From contig DLGM01000366.1 of the NCBI GenBank assembly GCA_002482705.1, forward strand, positions 1-40,229: DNA of 40,229 nucleotides. The letters are read 5' to 3'. Position numbers and translations under genes: made by a program. A model generated the notes under the pieces. The model was given only the letters and a program-made list of their open reading frames with translations. It was not told the origin of the DNA and made no database searches. Shown in pieces: positions 15,511 to 23,507 of the stretch (position 1 is its first letter; each line of letters starts with the position of its first letter). Origin of the DNA: Cyanobacteria bacterium UBA7694 (GTDB lineage Bacteria; Cyanobacteriota; Sericytochromatia; UBA7694).

Positions 15511-15546
15511 AAAATACCCGAACTACACAAGGTAGCCGGGTATTTT
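15511..15546. terminator. Bidirectional intrinsic terminator between convergent transcription units
   Basis: AAAATACCCG (15511-15520) pairs with CGGGTATTTT (15537-15546). An inner CTAC/GTAG stem is also present. The A-tract and T-tract flanks would allow it to work in both directions. Confidence 0.7.
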
Positions 15547-15558
15547 AATTAAGCTCTA

Positions 15559-16140
15559 CTACAAGCTAGCGAGATAAGCCGTCAAATTCGTGAACTCTTC
15601 ATCAGTCATGCTCGCGCGCATAGGCGGCATAGCAGGGGGGAAACCCTCTACAACGTGCGCATTAGGATTTTCAATCGATGTTTTAATGTAAGTTAACGCA
15701 TCCTGACCAGCAACACGCTTAGCCGCCGTAGCCCCAAGCCCATCCAAAGCAGGCCCAATGGCACCGTTGGCGCCTTGAAGACTGGAGATTTTATGGCAGG
15801 TTGCACAGGTTTTAGCCAAGAAGACCTTGGCACCCGCTTCTACATCACCTGCTGCCACGGGCGTCGCAGCGGGTTCATTCGCTGCGGTATGTCCGCTCTC
15901 CGTTGAAGCATGTGTACTGGGTGCGGTTTCAGTTTTAGTTCCATGCTCGGGAGCATCAGCGCTATGGCCCGAAGCAGCCGCATGGGTTTCCGTTTGCGCC
16001 CCATGGTCACCGCCTTCGGCACTGTGATGGCCTGCAACGGCATTTGTAGTTACCACGGAAACCACAAACAGCACACCCACGATGGCTATCACCGAGAGGA
16101 ATGAGAGCGCAATGACCTTGAGTTGATCGATAGGTTTCAT
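15559..16140 (-). CDS. Membrane-anchored mono-haem cytochrome c with a His-rich linker
   Basis: 193 aa. It has an N-terminal TM helix, a His-rich spacer (GHHSAEGGDHGAQTETHAAASGHSADAPEHG...) and a C-terminal CATCHK haem-binding domain. Confidence 0.85.
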   Translation of the reverse strand: MKPIDQLKVIALSFLSVIAIVGVLFVVSVVTTNAVAGHHSAEGGDHGAQTETHAAASGHSADAPEHGTKTETAPSTHASTESGHTAANEPAATPVAAGDVEAGAKVFLAKTCATCHKISSLQGANGAIGPALDGLGATAAKRVAGQDALTYIKTSIENPNAHVVEGFPPAMPPMRASMTDEEFTNLTAYLASL

Positions 16141-16169
16141 GAGTTATATTCCTTTTCTAAAATCGCACG

Positions 16170-16382
16170 TTAGTGGTGCTCACCCGCACCCTCATGCGAG
16201 GATGTGGTTTCATGGCCTGTTGAACCATGGTCTGTATTGCCATGGCCTTCTTCATGATGAGCATCGGCTTTAGGAGCCGGATCAGGCATAGCCATAGACA
16301 GGGCACTCAGGGCGCCAATCATGACCAACACAGCGGCAAGACCCGCAAAAATAGGTTTAAGTGACTGCTTATTAGACTGCAT
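16170..16382 (-). CDS. Small single-TM protein with a His-rich C-terminal tail
   Basis: 70 aa. One TM segment (IFAGLAAVLVMIGALSALSMA) is followed by HHEEGHGNTDHGSTGHETTSSHEGAGEHH, which has 8 His in 29 residues. It lies between ctaG and the cytochrome c gene. Confidence 0.6.
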   Translation of the reverse strand: MQSNKQSLKPIFAGLAAVLVMIGALSALSMAMPDPAPKADAHHEEGHGNTDHGSTGHETTSSHEGAGEHH

Positions 16383-16412
16383 AATTGCCTCTTTGAATTC
16401 GGTAGTTGACTA

Positions 16413-17318
16413 TCATATTTTAACTGTAATCGAGTTCGAGTCGGAGAGCCCTTGGATAGAGGTGGGCTCTTTTTGGCGTTCGCTGCGATACCATTTGGTA
16501 AATACACCAATGAAAACGAAGCTGAAAACACCCATAGAAACAAGCTTCATGAGTACTCCCCCCATTTGCTGATCACCCAGCGCAGACACCCCAATTAAGC
16601 GTGGAGCCAGCTCATAGGTCGGATAAAGCACATAAGATGAAAAGGTGACATAAGCAAATACGGGAATCTGAGCCACCGTCAGTGACAGCAAATAAAGCAT
16701 TTGTTTGGGATAAGAAAGCTGATAACGCTCCAAAGGCCCCATGATGGGGAGCCACATCAGTAACGCAGTTGAGATAAACGTGATGTGCTCAAGGTTATGC
16801 ACCATTCGATCTCGCAAGGCCCAATCATACAGGAATGGGATATGCCACAGGGTAAACACCATATTAAAAGCCAAACAGGCAAAAATCGGGTGAGTGGCAA
16901 AACGTAAACCCTTTTTTAATAACGGATAACGCGCAATAAAAGGGTCTAACATCCAGTTTGGTACACCAGATAAGATCAAGCGAGGTGCCAAATACATAAA
17001 CAGATTGTGCTGAAACATATGCATGGCAAAAAGGTACTGTTCACCAATTGCGTCAATGGGAGAGGCAATCCCCGTATAAATAACGCTCCAACCCAAAACA
17101 AAACGCACTGCCTGACCCCGGGTTAAAACCGTTTCGGAAGAGCGGACGCGCGCCTGATGAGCAGCACGGAAATAAACAAAAAAGAGGGCTAGAATGGCCG
17201 CCAATGGCACCCATTCTAGCTTCCACTCCCACCAGATAGAGATTGGTACGTCATCCATCGGCACGGCCGCGAAACCGTGGGCCAGAGCCGGTGGAGATAA
17301 CCAGTCAAGCAGGAGCAT
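16413..17318 (-). CDS. ctaG: Cytochrome c oxidase assembly factor CtaG (caa3/Bacillus type, polytopic membrane protein)
   Basis: 301 aa, polytopic. The sequence shows FAMHMFQHNLFMYLAPRLILSGVP, WHIPFLYDWAL and HNLEHITFI, typical of the Caa3_CtaG family. It sits in the oxidase cluster. Confidence 0.8.
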   Translation of the reverse strand: MLLLDWLSPPALAHGFAAVPMDDVPISIWWEWKLEWVPLAAILALFFVYFRAAHQARVRSSETVLTRGQAVRFVLGWSVIYTGIASPIDAIGEQYLFAMHMFQHNLFMYLAPRLILSGVPNWMLDPFIARYPLLKKGLRFATHPIFACLAFNMVFTLWHIPFLYDWALRDRMVHNLEHITFISTALLMWLPIMGPLERYQLSYPKQMLYLLSLTVAQIPVFAYVTFSSYVLYPTYELAPRLIGVSALGDQQMGGVLMKLVSMGVFSFVFIGVFTKWYRSERQKEPTSIQGLSDSNSITVKI

Positions 17319-17326
17319 AATAACCC

Positions 17327-17959
17327 TTATAACTTGGCCAAATAGGCCACAAGGTCATTATATTCGGTGTCAGACATGCTCTGACGCAGGTTAGCAGGCA
17401 TCAAGCCGGCTGGGAAGCCCTCTACCACATAGGCATTGGGGTTTTCAATCGACTCACGGATATATGCCGTGACATCCTTACCCGCCAGTTTATCCGCAGG
17501 GCGCTGAGACAAGCCGTCTAAAGCCGGGCCCACCGCACCCACAGCCCCAGCGAGACTGCTGATTTTATGGCAGGCGGCACAACCTTTGGCTGAGAAAACA
17601 GCCGGACCATTTTCAGGATTGCCTTGGGTCATTGCTTGCAACTGCTTCGTATCTTTGACGCTAATTGCAATTTTAGTGGGTTGATAGTTAATCAGCGCCA
17701 CCATGGCAACCATCGTGCCAAGAGCAATGGTAAAACCACTGAAGAAAATACCCGTCAGCAGTTTATTGTCATACTTCAAGTGCATGAAGTAGGCCACTAC
17801 CAAACCAAATTTAAACGCTGCCAAGACATACAAACCTGTAAGCATCAAGCTATCAGGGATAGCAATGTAAAGGATAGCAACTTCAACAGCGGTCACAACA
17901 GCCAAAATTCCGGCCATTGCCCAATAGGTTTTAGAGTGATCGTGATGTTCGCCGCTCAT
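17327..17959 (-). CDS. Cytochrome c oxidase subunit IV (prokaryotic type) fused to a C-terminal mono-haem cytochrome c domain
   Basis: 210 aa from MSGEHHDHSKTYW. Three TM helices end in AYFMHLKYD (the COX4_pro-like part), followed by CAACHK and a domain paralogous to the 193-aa cytochrome c. The ATG at 17959 lies 2 nt after the ctaE stop. The track extension to 18040 overlaps ctaE. Confidence 0.8.
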   Translation of the reverse strand: MSGEHHDHSKTYWAMAGILAVVTAVEVAILYIAIPDSLMLTGLYVLAAFKFGLVVAYFMHLKYDNKLLTGIFFSGFTIALGTMVAMVALINYQPTKIAISVKDTKQLQAMTQGNPENGPAVFSAKGCAACHKISSLAGAVGAVGPALDGLSQRPADKLAGKDVTAYIRESIENPNAYVVEGFPAGLMPANLRQSMSDTEYNDLVAYLAKL

Positions 17960-17961
17960 GG

Positions 17962-18585
17962 TTAACCCCCTATGCCCACAAATTCGACCAAGTAGATCAC
18001 TGTAAAGATAACAATCCAAACAATGTCTACAAAGTGCCAATACAATCCCGTCGACTCAATATCTACGGCCTTGTCACTTATATCTCCAAAATAGGAGTAG
18101 ACAAACCAAGAGAAGAGCCAAAGGACGCCGATCGCCACGTGTAAACCGTGGGTCCCGGTCATGGTGTAAAAAGTCGAGCCAAATAGGTTTTTCTGGAGTG
18201 TGACACCCCGATGGAAAAACTCGGTGAACTCAAACGACTGGAAACCTAAAAATATCAGGCCGAAAAAAGCAGTGGCAAAGATCCAGAGACGGGTTTGACC
18301 AATGTCTTTACGGTTGACTGCAGCCACTGCCAGTGCCATAAACAAACTGCTCATCAGCAGCACAAATGAACTGGCAGTGGTAACGGGAATACTCAGCACT
18401 TCGACTGGGTAAGGCCCAACTAAACTTTTGCCGTGATAAATAATGTAAGTGGAGATCAACGTTCCGAAGAACATACAATCCGAGGCCAAGAAGGCCCACA
18501 TCAGAACCTTCTTGTTCGGAATACCCGTATACGAGTGCTCCACGTGATGATGCTGATCGTGTTCAGCGATAGCTGCGTGACCCAT
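17962..18585 (-). CDS. ctaE: Cytochrome c oxidase subunit III
   Basis: 207 aa and five TM segments. Typical sequences include FFGTLISTYIIY, FYTMTGTHGLHVAIG and YWHFVDIVWI. It overlaps the ctaD stop by 1 nt (TAATG). Confidence 0.92.
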   Translation of the reverse strand: MGHAAIAEHDQHHHVEHSYTGIPNKKVLMWAFLASDCMFFGTLISTYIIYHGKSLVGPYPVEVLSIPVTTASSFVLLMSSLFMALAVAAVNRKDIGQTRLWIFATAFFGLIFLGFQSFEFTEFFHRGVTLQKNLFGSTFYTMTGTHGLHVAIGVLWLFSWFVYSYFGDISDKAVDIESTGLYWHFVDIVWIVIFTVIYLVEFVGIGG

Positions 18586-20501
18586 TAGTTGTGAGCCCCA
18601 CTTTCTTTGGATGGATCAACATGGTAGCCACCGGGGCCTTCCAAGGCCCAGCCGTAAACCCCAAAGATCAGAGCCAACATGCCAGCGCCAGCAATCAGAA
18701 AACCACCAGGAGCATCTTTATAAATCATGCCCATTGCCCAGACAAACATACCGATACCAACAACCATAGGGTAATAAGAAGCGGCAGGCATGTGGATCGG
18801 ATGACCATCATACTGCGGCTTGGGTTTACCCGTTATTTTACTGTGCCAGAAGTCGTCAAGGTGGGTGACCGTCGGAATCGCAGCAAAGTTGTATTCCGGC
18901 GGAGGAGAAGGAATACTCCACTCAAGGGTGCGAGCATCCCAAGGGTCATCTCCGGCAATAGCTCCTTTTTTGAGACCCATTGCCATATTGATAAAGAAGA
19001 ACAACAGACCAAAAGCCAGGACAAAGGCACCGATGGTACACACCAAGTTCCAGAAATTCCAGCCCATGTCACCTGAGTAGGTGTAAATGCGGCGGGGCAT
19101 TCCGTTCAAACCCAGAATGTGCATCGGGAAGAAGGTGACGTTAAAGCCAATCATGATCGTCCAGAAGGCCACTTTACCAAAGGCTTCGTTCATCATTCGG
19201 CCTGTGATTTTAGGGAACCAGTAAGCCAGTCCGCCTAACAGGGCCATCAGCGTGCCACCAATCAGAACGTAGTGGAAGTGAGCAACAACAAAATAGGTAT
19301 CGTGCTGTTGGGCATCAGCCGCTGCCGCAGAGTGCATCACGCCGCTGAAACCACCAATGGTGAACATGGCAATAAAACCGGTAGCATAGAGCATCGGTGT
19401 GGCAAAACGGATATGACCGCCCCACATCGTGCCGATCCAGTTGAAGATTTTAACGCCTGTCGGAACCGCAATGATCGAAGTGGTGATCGAGAAAGCCAGC
19501 GTAGCAATCACGCCCATACCCGTGGTGAACATATGGTGGCTCCAAACGGCAAAGCCCATGAAACCAATAAATGCACCGGAGAAAACAATCAGCGGATAAC
19601 CAAACAACGGCTTGCGTGAGAAAGTCGGCAGAATTTCAGAAACAACACCCATTGCTGGCAAGATCAGAATATAAACTTCGGGGTGGCCAAAAATCCAGAA
19701 CCAGTGTTGCCAAAGGATGACAAGACCACCTGCAGCCACGTTAAAGAAGTTGGCCCCAAACATCCGGTCCATCATGAGCTGGATCAGCGCAATTGTGATC
19801 GGTGGGAAAGCCAAAAGAATCAGAATATTGGTAATGAATGTCATCCATACAAACACGGGCAAACGCATCAGGGTCATACCCGGAGCGCGCATATTAATGA
19901 TGGTGACGAAGAAGTTCAGTGAAGCGGCCACAGAGGCAACCCCCAAGACCAGAAGACCCATTACCCAATAATCGGCACTTAAACCAGGGTTAAATTGTTT
20001 CGAGGTAATGTTGGCATAACCCACCCAACTCGCGTTGGGGGCACTGCCGGTTAACCAGCTCACGTTGAGGAGCGCGGCCCCGGCCCAAAACACCCATAAA
20101 CTGAACGCATTCAGCCTTGGGAATGCTACGTCCCGAGCCCCAATCATCAGGGGCACTAAGTAGTTAAAGAACGCAGAACTCAATGGCATAATCGCCAAGA
20201 AAATCATGGTGGTTGCGTGCATGGTGAACATCTGGTTATAGATGTCCGCAGGCAGCACGCTCAGATTGGGAGCAGCTAGCTGCAAACGCACCAATAACGC
20301 CTCAACTCCCCCGACAACGAGGAAGAAGAGTGCGCTCAGGCCGTAAAGAATGCCAATGCGCTTGTGGTCAACGGTGGTTAACCAGCTCCACAGCCCTGTC
20401 TTTGCGACCGGGCGAGGGCCTAGAACGCCGAGCTCCCGGTCTGTATCGGAGTGCCCATGGGCAGGCGAGGCGACCCCTATTACATCCGCACTTGTTGCCA
20501 T
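18585..20501 (-). CDS. ctaD: Cytochrome c oxidase subunit I (A-family haem-copper oxidase)
   Basis: 638 aa. Signatures are WFWIFGHPEVYILILP, WSHHMFTTG and HFHYVL. Confidence 0.97.
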   Translation of the reverse strand: MATSADVIGVASPAHGHSDTDRELGVLGPRPVAKTGLWSWLTTVDHKRIGILYGLSALFFLVVGGVEALLVRLQLAAPNLSVLPADIYNQMFTMHATTMIFLAIMPLSSAFFNYLVPLMIGARDVAFPRLNAFSLWVFWAGAALLNVSWLTGSAPNASWVGYANITSKQFNPGLSADYWVMGLLVLGVASVAASLNFFVTIINMRAPGMTLMRLPVFVWMTFITNILILLAFPPITIALIQLMMDRMFGANFFNVAAGGLVILWQHWFWIFGHPEVYILILPAMGVVSEILPTFSRKPLFGYPLIVFSGAFIGFMGFAVWSHHMFTTGMGVIATLAFSITTSIIAVPTGVKIFNWIGTMWGGHIRFATPMLYATGFIAMFTIGGFSGVMHSAAAADAQQHDTYFVVAHFHYVLIGGTLMALLGGLAYWFPKITGRMMNEAFGKVAFWTIMIGFNVTFFPMHILGLNGMPRRIYTYSGDMGWNFWNLVCTIGAFVLAFGLLFFFINMAMGLKKGAIAGDDPWDARTLEWSIPSPPPEYNFAAIPTVTHLDDFWHSKITGKPKPQYDGHPIHMPAASYYPMVVGIGMFVWAMGMIYKDAPGGFLIAGAGMLALIFGVYGWALEGPGGYHVDPSKESGAHN

Positions 20502-20528
20502 ACAGTCCTCTCTAGGTTTCCTAACACG

Positions 20529-21566
20529 TTATTTCAAACTCTTAAGGTATGCGACCAGCGCATTCACATCGCGGTCAGACAAAACCATATTGACCTGCTC
20601 AAGATTCATCAGGTTCCCAGGTTTCATACCTTTGGGATCACGAATCCATTTGGCGAGGTTTTCATCTGTATTGTCATAAATTGCCGAGCCCAAGGTTTCA
20701 CGGCTACCAAAGTGCGTGAGGTCAGGCCCCACAACGCCCATGGCACCAGTGCCTTTGACGGCATGGCAGGAGTTACAACCCTTCATAAAAATCTGCTGAC
20801 CATTAACTTGGTCAGGACTTTCAGGTTTTACCCCATCTTTTTTCTGGTCTCTAACCCACTGGTCAAAATCAGCTTGCTCGTGTGAGTACACCAGAAAGCG
20901 CATATTGGCGTGGGAGTCGCCGCAAAATTCGGTACATTGACCGTAAAACTTATCGGCTTTATCGGCTTTAAACCAGATTTTGTTGATTTGTCCAGGGACA
21001 ACGTCCATTTTACCAGCTAGCTTAGGAACCCAGAAGCTGTGCAAAACATCTGCAGACTTCAGGTCGAAGTCGACCGGACGGCCAGCAGGAATATGCAATT
21101 CATTGGCTGTTGTAATGCCTAGATCAGGGTACTGGAATTCCCACCACCACTGGTGACCAATCGCCACAACTTTAATGGGCTCACCTTCCTCTTTGGGAGG
21201 AGCCTCCATTAAGAAAAGGGCTTTAGCGTTGGGTACAGCGATGACCAACAGCAAAATACAAGAAGCAATAATCAAGGCGATTTCTACGTTTGCATTGCCG
21301 TGACTTTGTTCGGGAACCGAGTCCTCTTCGCCCGGCTTGGAGCGAAAACGAATCAGGGTGTAAAAAAAGACGCCACCCACCGTCAAGGTCAGGAATACAA
21401 CAATGGCCAAAGTCCACCAGAATACGTGTAATTGTTCACGCGCAACGGGACCTTGGACATCAAAAGTAGACATGCCGTCCATTAAGGCAAAAGCATTAAA
21501 CTGGAGGAAGAGGGAGTAACAGAACACCAACAGTGTCTGTAATAGGCGTTTCGATTTTGTGTTCAC
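20529..21566 (-). CDS. ctaC: Cytochrome c oxidase subunit II with a fused C-terminal cytochrome c domain (caa3 type)
   Basis: It has the CuA motif CTEFCGDSHANM and a C-terminal CNSCHAV haem c site. I prefer the GTG start at 21566, 6 nt after GAGGA. The track's TTG at 21572 directly abuts the SD. Confidence 0.93.
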   Translation of the reverse strand: MNTKSKRLLQTLLVFCYSLFLQFNAFALMDGMSTFDVQGPVAREQLHVFWWTLAIVVFLTLTVGGVFFYTLIRFRSKPGEEDSVPEQSHGNANVEIALIIASCILLLVIAVPNAKALFLMEAPPKEEGEPIKVVAIGHQWWWEFQYPDLGITTANELHIPAGRPVDFDLKSADVLHSFWVPKLAGKMDVVPGQINKIWFKADKADKFYGQCTEFCGDSHANMRFLVYSHEQADFDQWVRDQKKDGVKPESPDQVNGQQIFMKGCNSCHAVKGTGAMGVVGPDLTHFGSRETLGSAIYDNTDENLAKWIRDPKGMKPGNLMNLEQVNMVLSDRDVNALVAYLKSLK

Positions 21567-21922
21567 TGTCAATCCTCAGATGATCTAATTCTAAGATTGT
21601 TCTACGTCAAGAAGTGGGTCTAACGCAACTTATTGTTTCAGCGTGAGGAATAACCCTTAGTAACATAACTTTTCTAAATATAGATACAATCCACTCATAT
21701 ACACTTTAGCACAGGTAGCTTGCAATATGACACGCCCTTAGCCCTTAAGGTTGGGTCGCGCATACACAGGAATAGCGAGAGCTTAGCATATACATGACGT
21801 GGAACATTGTATTAAAATGGTGGGTGTTGGGGCTTGTAACTCTTAATCGAACTTTTAATTTATCTTGAGCAAACATTAGCCTTAGCCCCCCCCTATTAAA
21901 ACGTTTGAGGAGACCATACTGA

Positions 21923-22834
21923 GTGAGTGCAAATACCTCCGTCGTTACGGGTACATCACTCAAGTCCTTCCGTAGCGTAGCCCACGACATCTATGAACTG
22001 ACTAAACCCCGCATCACCTTTCTGATGCTGATTACGACCTTTACCGGGATGTGGCTTGCAGCCAGAGGCCTTCCGCCCCTGCTCACAACCCTCTACACCA
22101 TGATTGGGGTCGGTTTGGCTTCTGCCTCGAGCTGCGCACTGAATAACTACATTGATCGCGAGATTGACCGGGAGATGACCCGTACCCGTAACCGTCCTCT
22201 CCCAGGGGATCGCCTGGATCCCAAAGTCGCCATTTATCTCGGTTTTACGCTAGGACTTTTGTCTTTTGTCCTATTGGCCACCACGGTCAACCTCCTGACC
22301 GCCAGCCTGGCACTGTTTACCAATTTCTTTTATGTTGTCATTTATACCCTCTGGCTTAAGCGCACAAGCCCTTTGTGTACCTCAATTGGGGGCATTTCAG
22401 GCGCGCTACCCCCCGTGATTGGCATAACCGCTGTCACTGGCACCATTACTCCCGCAGCAATTGCACTTTTTGTGTTTATGTATCTTTGGCAACCGCCTCA
22501 CTTCTGGGCCCTGGCGATCATTCGCAAAGACGAGTATGCGCGCGTGAACATCCCCATGCTCCCCGTTGTGAAAGGGGATCGGGTGACCAAACGTCAAATG
22601 CTGATTTATACGGTCGCACTCATTCCTGCCAGTATGGCCCTGACTTGGTTAGGCGTTACTGGCTGGATGTACGCAGCCACAGCTCTGGTCATGAGTTTAA
22701 TTTACTTGGGCTTGACCATTGATTTTGCCCTGCGCCCCGTCACTGCCAAGTACTCTTACCGCCTGTTCTTTTTCTCTATTCTGTATTTGTGTTTGCTGTT
22801 CGTCATGATGTTTGTCGACTGCTTGCCAGCCTAG
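21923..22834 (+). CDS. ctaB: Protohaem IX farnesyltransferase (haem O synthase)
   Basis: 303 aa with a GTG start, preceded by GAGGAG. UbiA-type motifs include NNYIDREIDREMTRTRNRPLP. The protein is polytopic. Confidence 0.93.
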   Translation: MSANTSVVTGTSLKSFRSVAHDIYELTKPRITFLMLITTFTGMWLAARGLPPLLTTLYTMIGVGLASASSCALNNYIDREIDREMTRTRNRPLPGDRLDPKVAIYLGFTLGLLSFVLLATTVNLLTASLALFTNFFYVVIYTLWLKRTSPLCTSIGGISGALPPVIGITAVTGTITPAAIALFVFMYLWQPPHFWALAIIRKDEYARVNIPMLPVVKGDRVTKRQMLIYTVALIPASMALTWLGVTGWMYAATALVMSLIYLGLTIDFALRPVTAKYSYRLFFFSILYLCLLFVMMFVDCLPA

Positions 22835-22842
22835 AGGGTACC

Positions 22843-23496
22843 ATGTCCGAGTCAAATCGCAATATACGTTTACCCTTTGCCCTGGTTTTGGCCATGTTCT
22901 CTCTGGGCATGGCCGCCGTTTTTGTCTATCAAAATCTCAAACCAAGTCAGTCTCAGGCACTGCCAATATACGGAACCGTAGCAGACTTTGCTTTTACGGA
23001 ACGATCTGGACAAACCTTTGACTCCAAGCATCTGCGCGAGCAATTTTGGGTGGCTGACTTCATCTTTACCACCTGTCAGGCCGAGTGCCCGATCATGAAT
23101 GCAGAAATGACCCGTATTCAGCAACATTATGCAAAAGAACAGCGCTTAAAACTGGTTTCATTTAGTGTAGATCCTGAAACTGACACGCCCGCGGTGTTAA
23201 AAAGTTATGCCGATAAATTTGCGGCCGATCCCAACCGCTGGTTTTTTTTAACGGGGGATCGCTCCAAACTCCATCAATTGGCAACGGAAAGCTTCAAGTT
23301 GGCGGTGCAAGATTTGGGCAATGCCCACGCCAACCACCACGACGCCAAACAGCCCACGCGTGGGCCTTTCCTGCATAGTCAAAAGCTGGTTTTAGTCGAT
23401 GACAAATTCCGCATTCGCGGCTATTATGATGGAACCCAGCGGGACGAGGTTGAGCGCCTCATACAGCAAGACTTGCCTCGTCTCCTCAAACAATAA
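22843..23496 (+). CDS. SCO1/SenC-family copper chaperone (thioredoxin fold)
   Basis: 217 aa from MSESNRNIRL. It has a TM anchor and FIFTTCQAECPIM (CxxxC), plus a downstream conserved His region. It starts 8 nt after the ctaB stop. Confidence 0.88.
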   Translation: MSESNRNIRLPFALVLAMFSLGMAAVFVYQNLKPSQSQALPIYGTVADFAFTERSGQTFDSKHLREQFWVADFIFTTCQAECPIMNAEMTRIQQHYAKEQRLKLVSFSVDPETDTPAVLKSYADKFAADPNRWFFLTGDRSKLHQLATESFKLAVQDLGNAHANHHDAKQPTRGPFLHSQKLVLVDDKFRIRGYYDGTQRDEVERLIQQDLPRLLKQ

Positions 23497-23507
23497 GGAG
23501 AAGCTCG

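Noticed and set aside
18591-19971. Several 79-161-aa plus-strand ORFs (18591-19076, 18820-19080, 19272-19619, 19683-19922, 19717-19971) lie inside the ctaD region.
   Set aside because: They are antisense to an unmistakable cytochrome oxidase subunit I gene. Their products are R/K/H/N-rich with no motifs. They are typical shadow ORFs.
21745-21990. An 81-aa minus-strand ORF lies in the ctaC/ctaB divergent spacer and overlaps the ctaB start.
   Set aside because: It has no SD, it overlaps the well-supported ctaB N-terminus, and its composition is unremarkable. The 350-bp spacer is more likely promoter and leader DNA. I could not place convincing promoters in it by eye (TACAAT at 21685-21690 lacks a -35 or TG).
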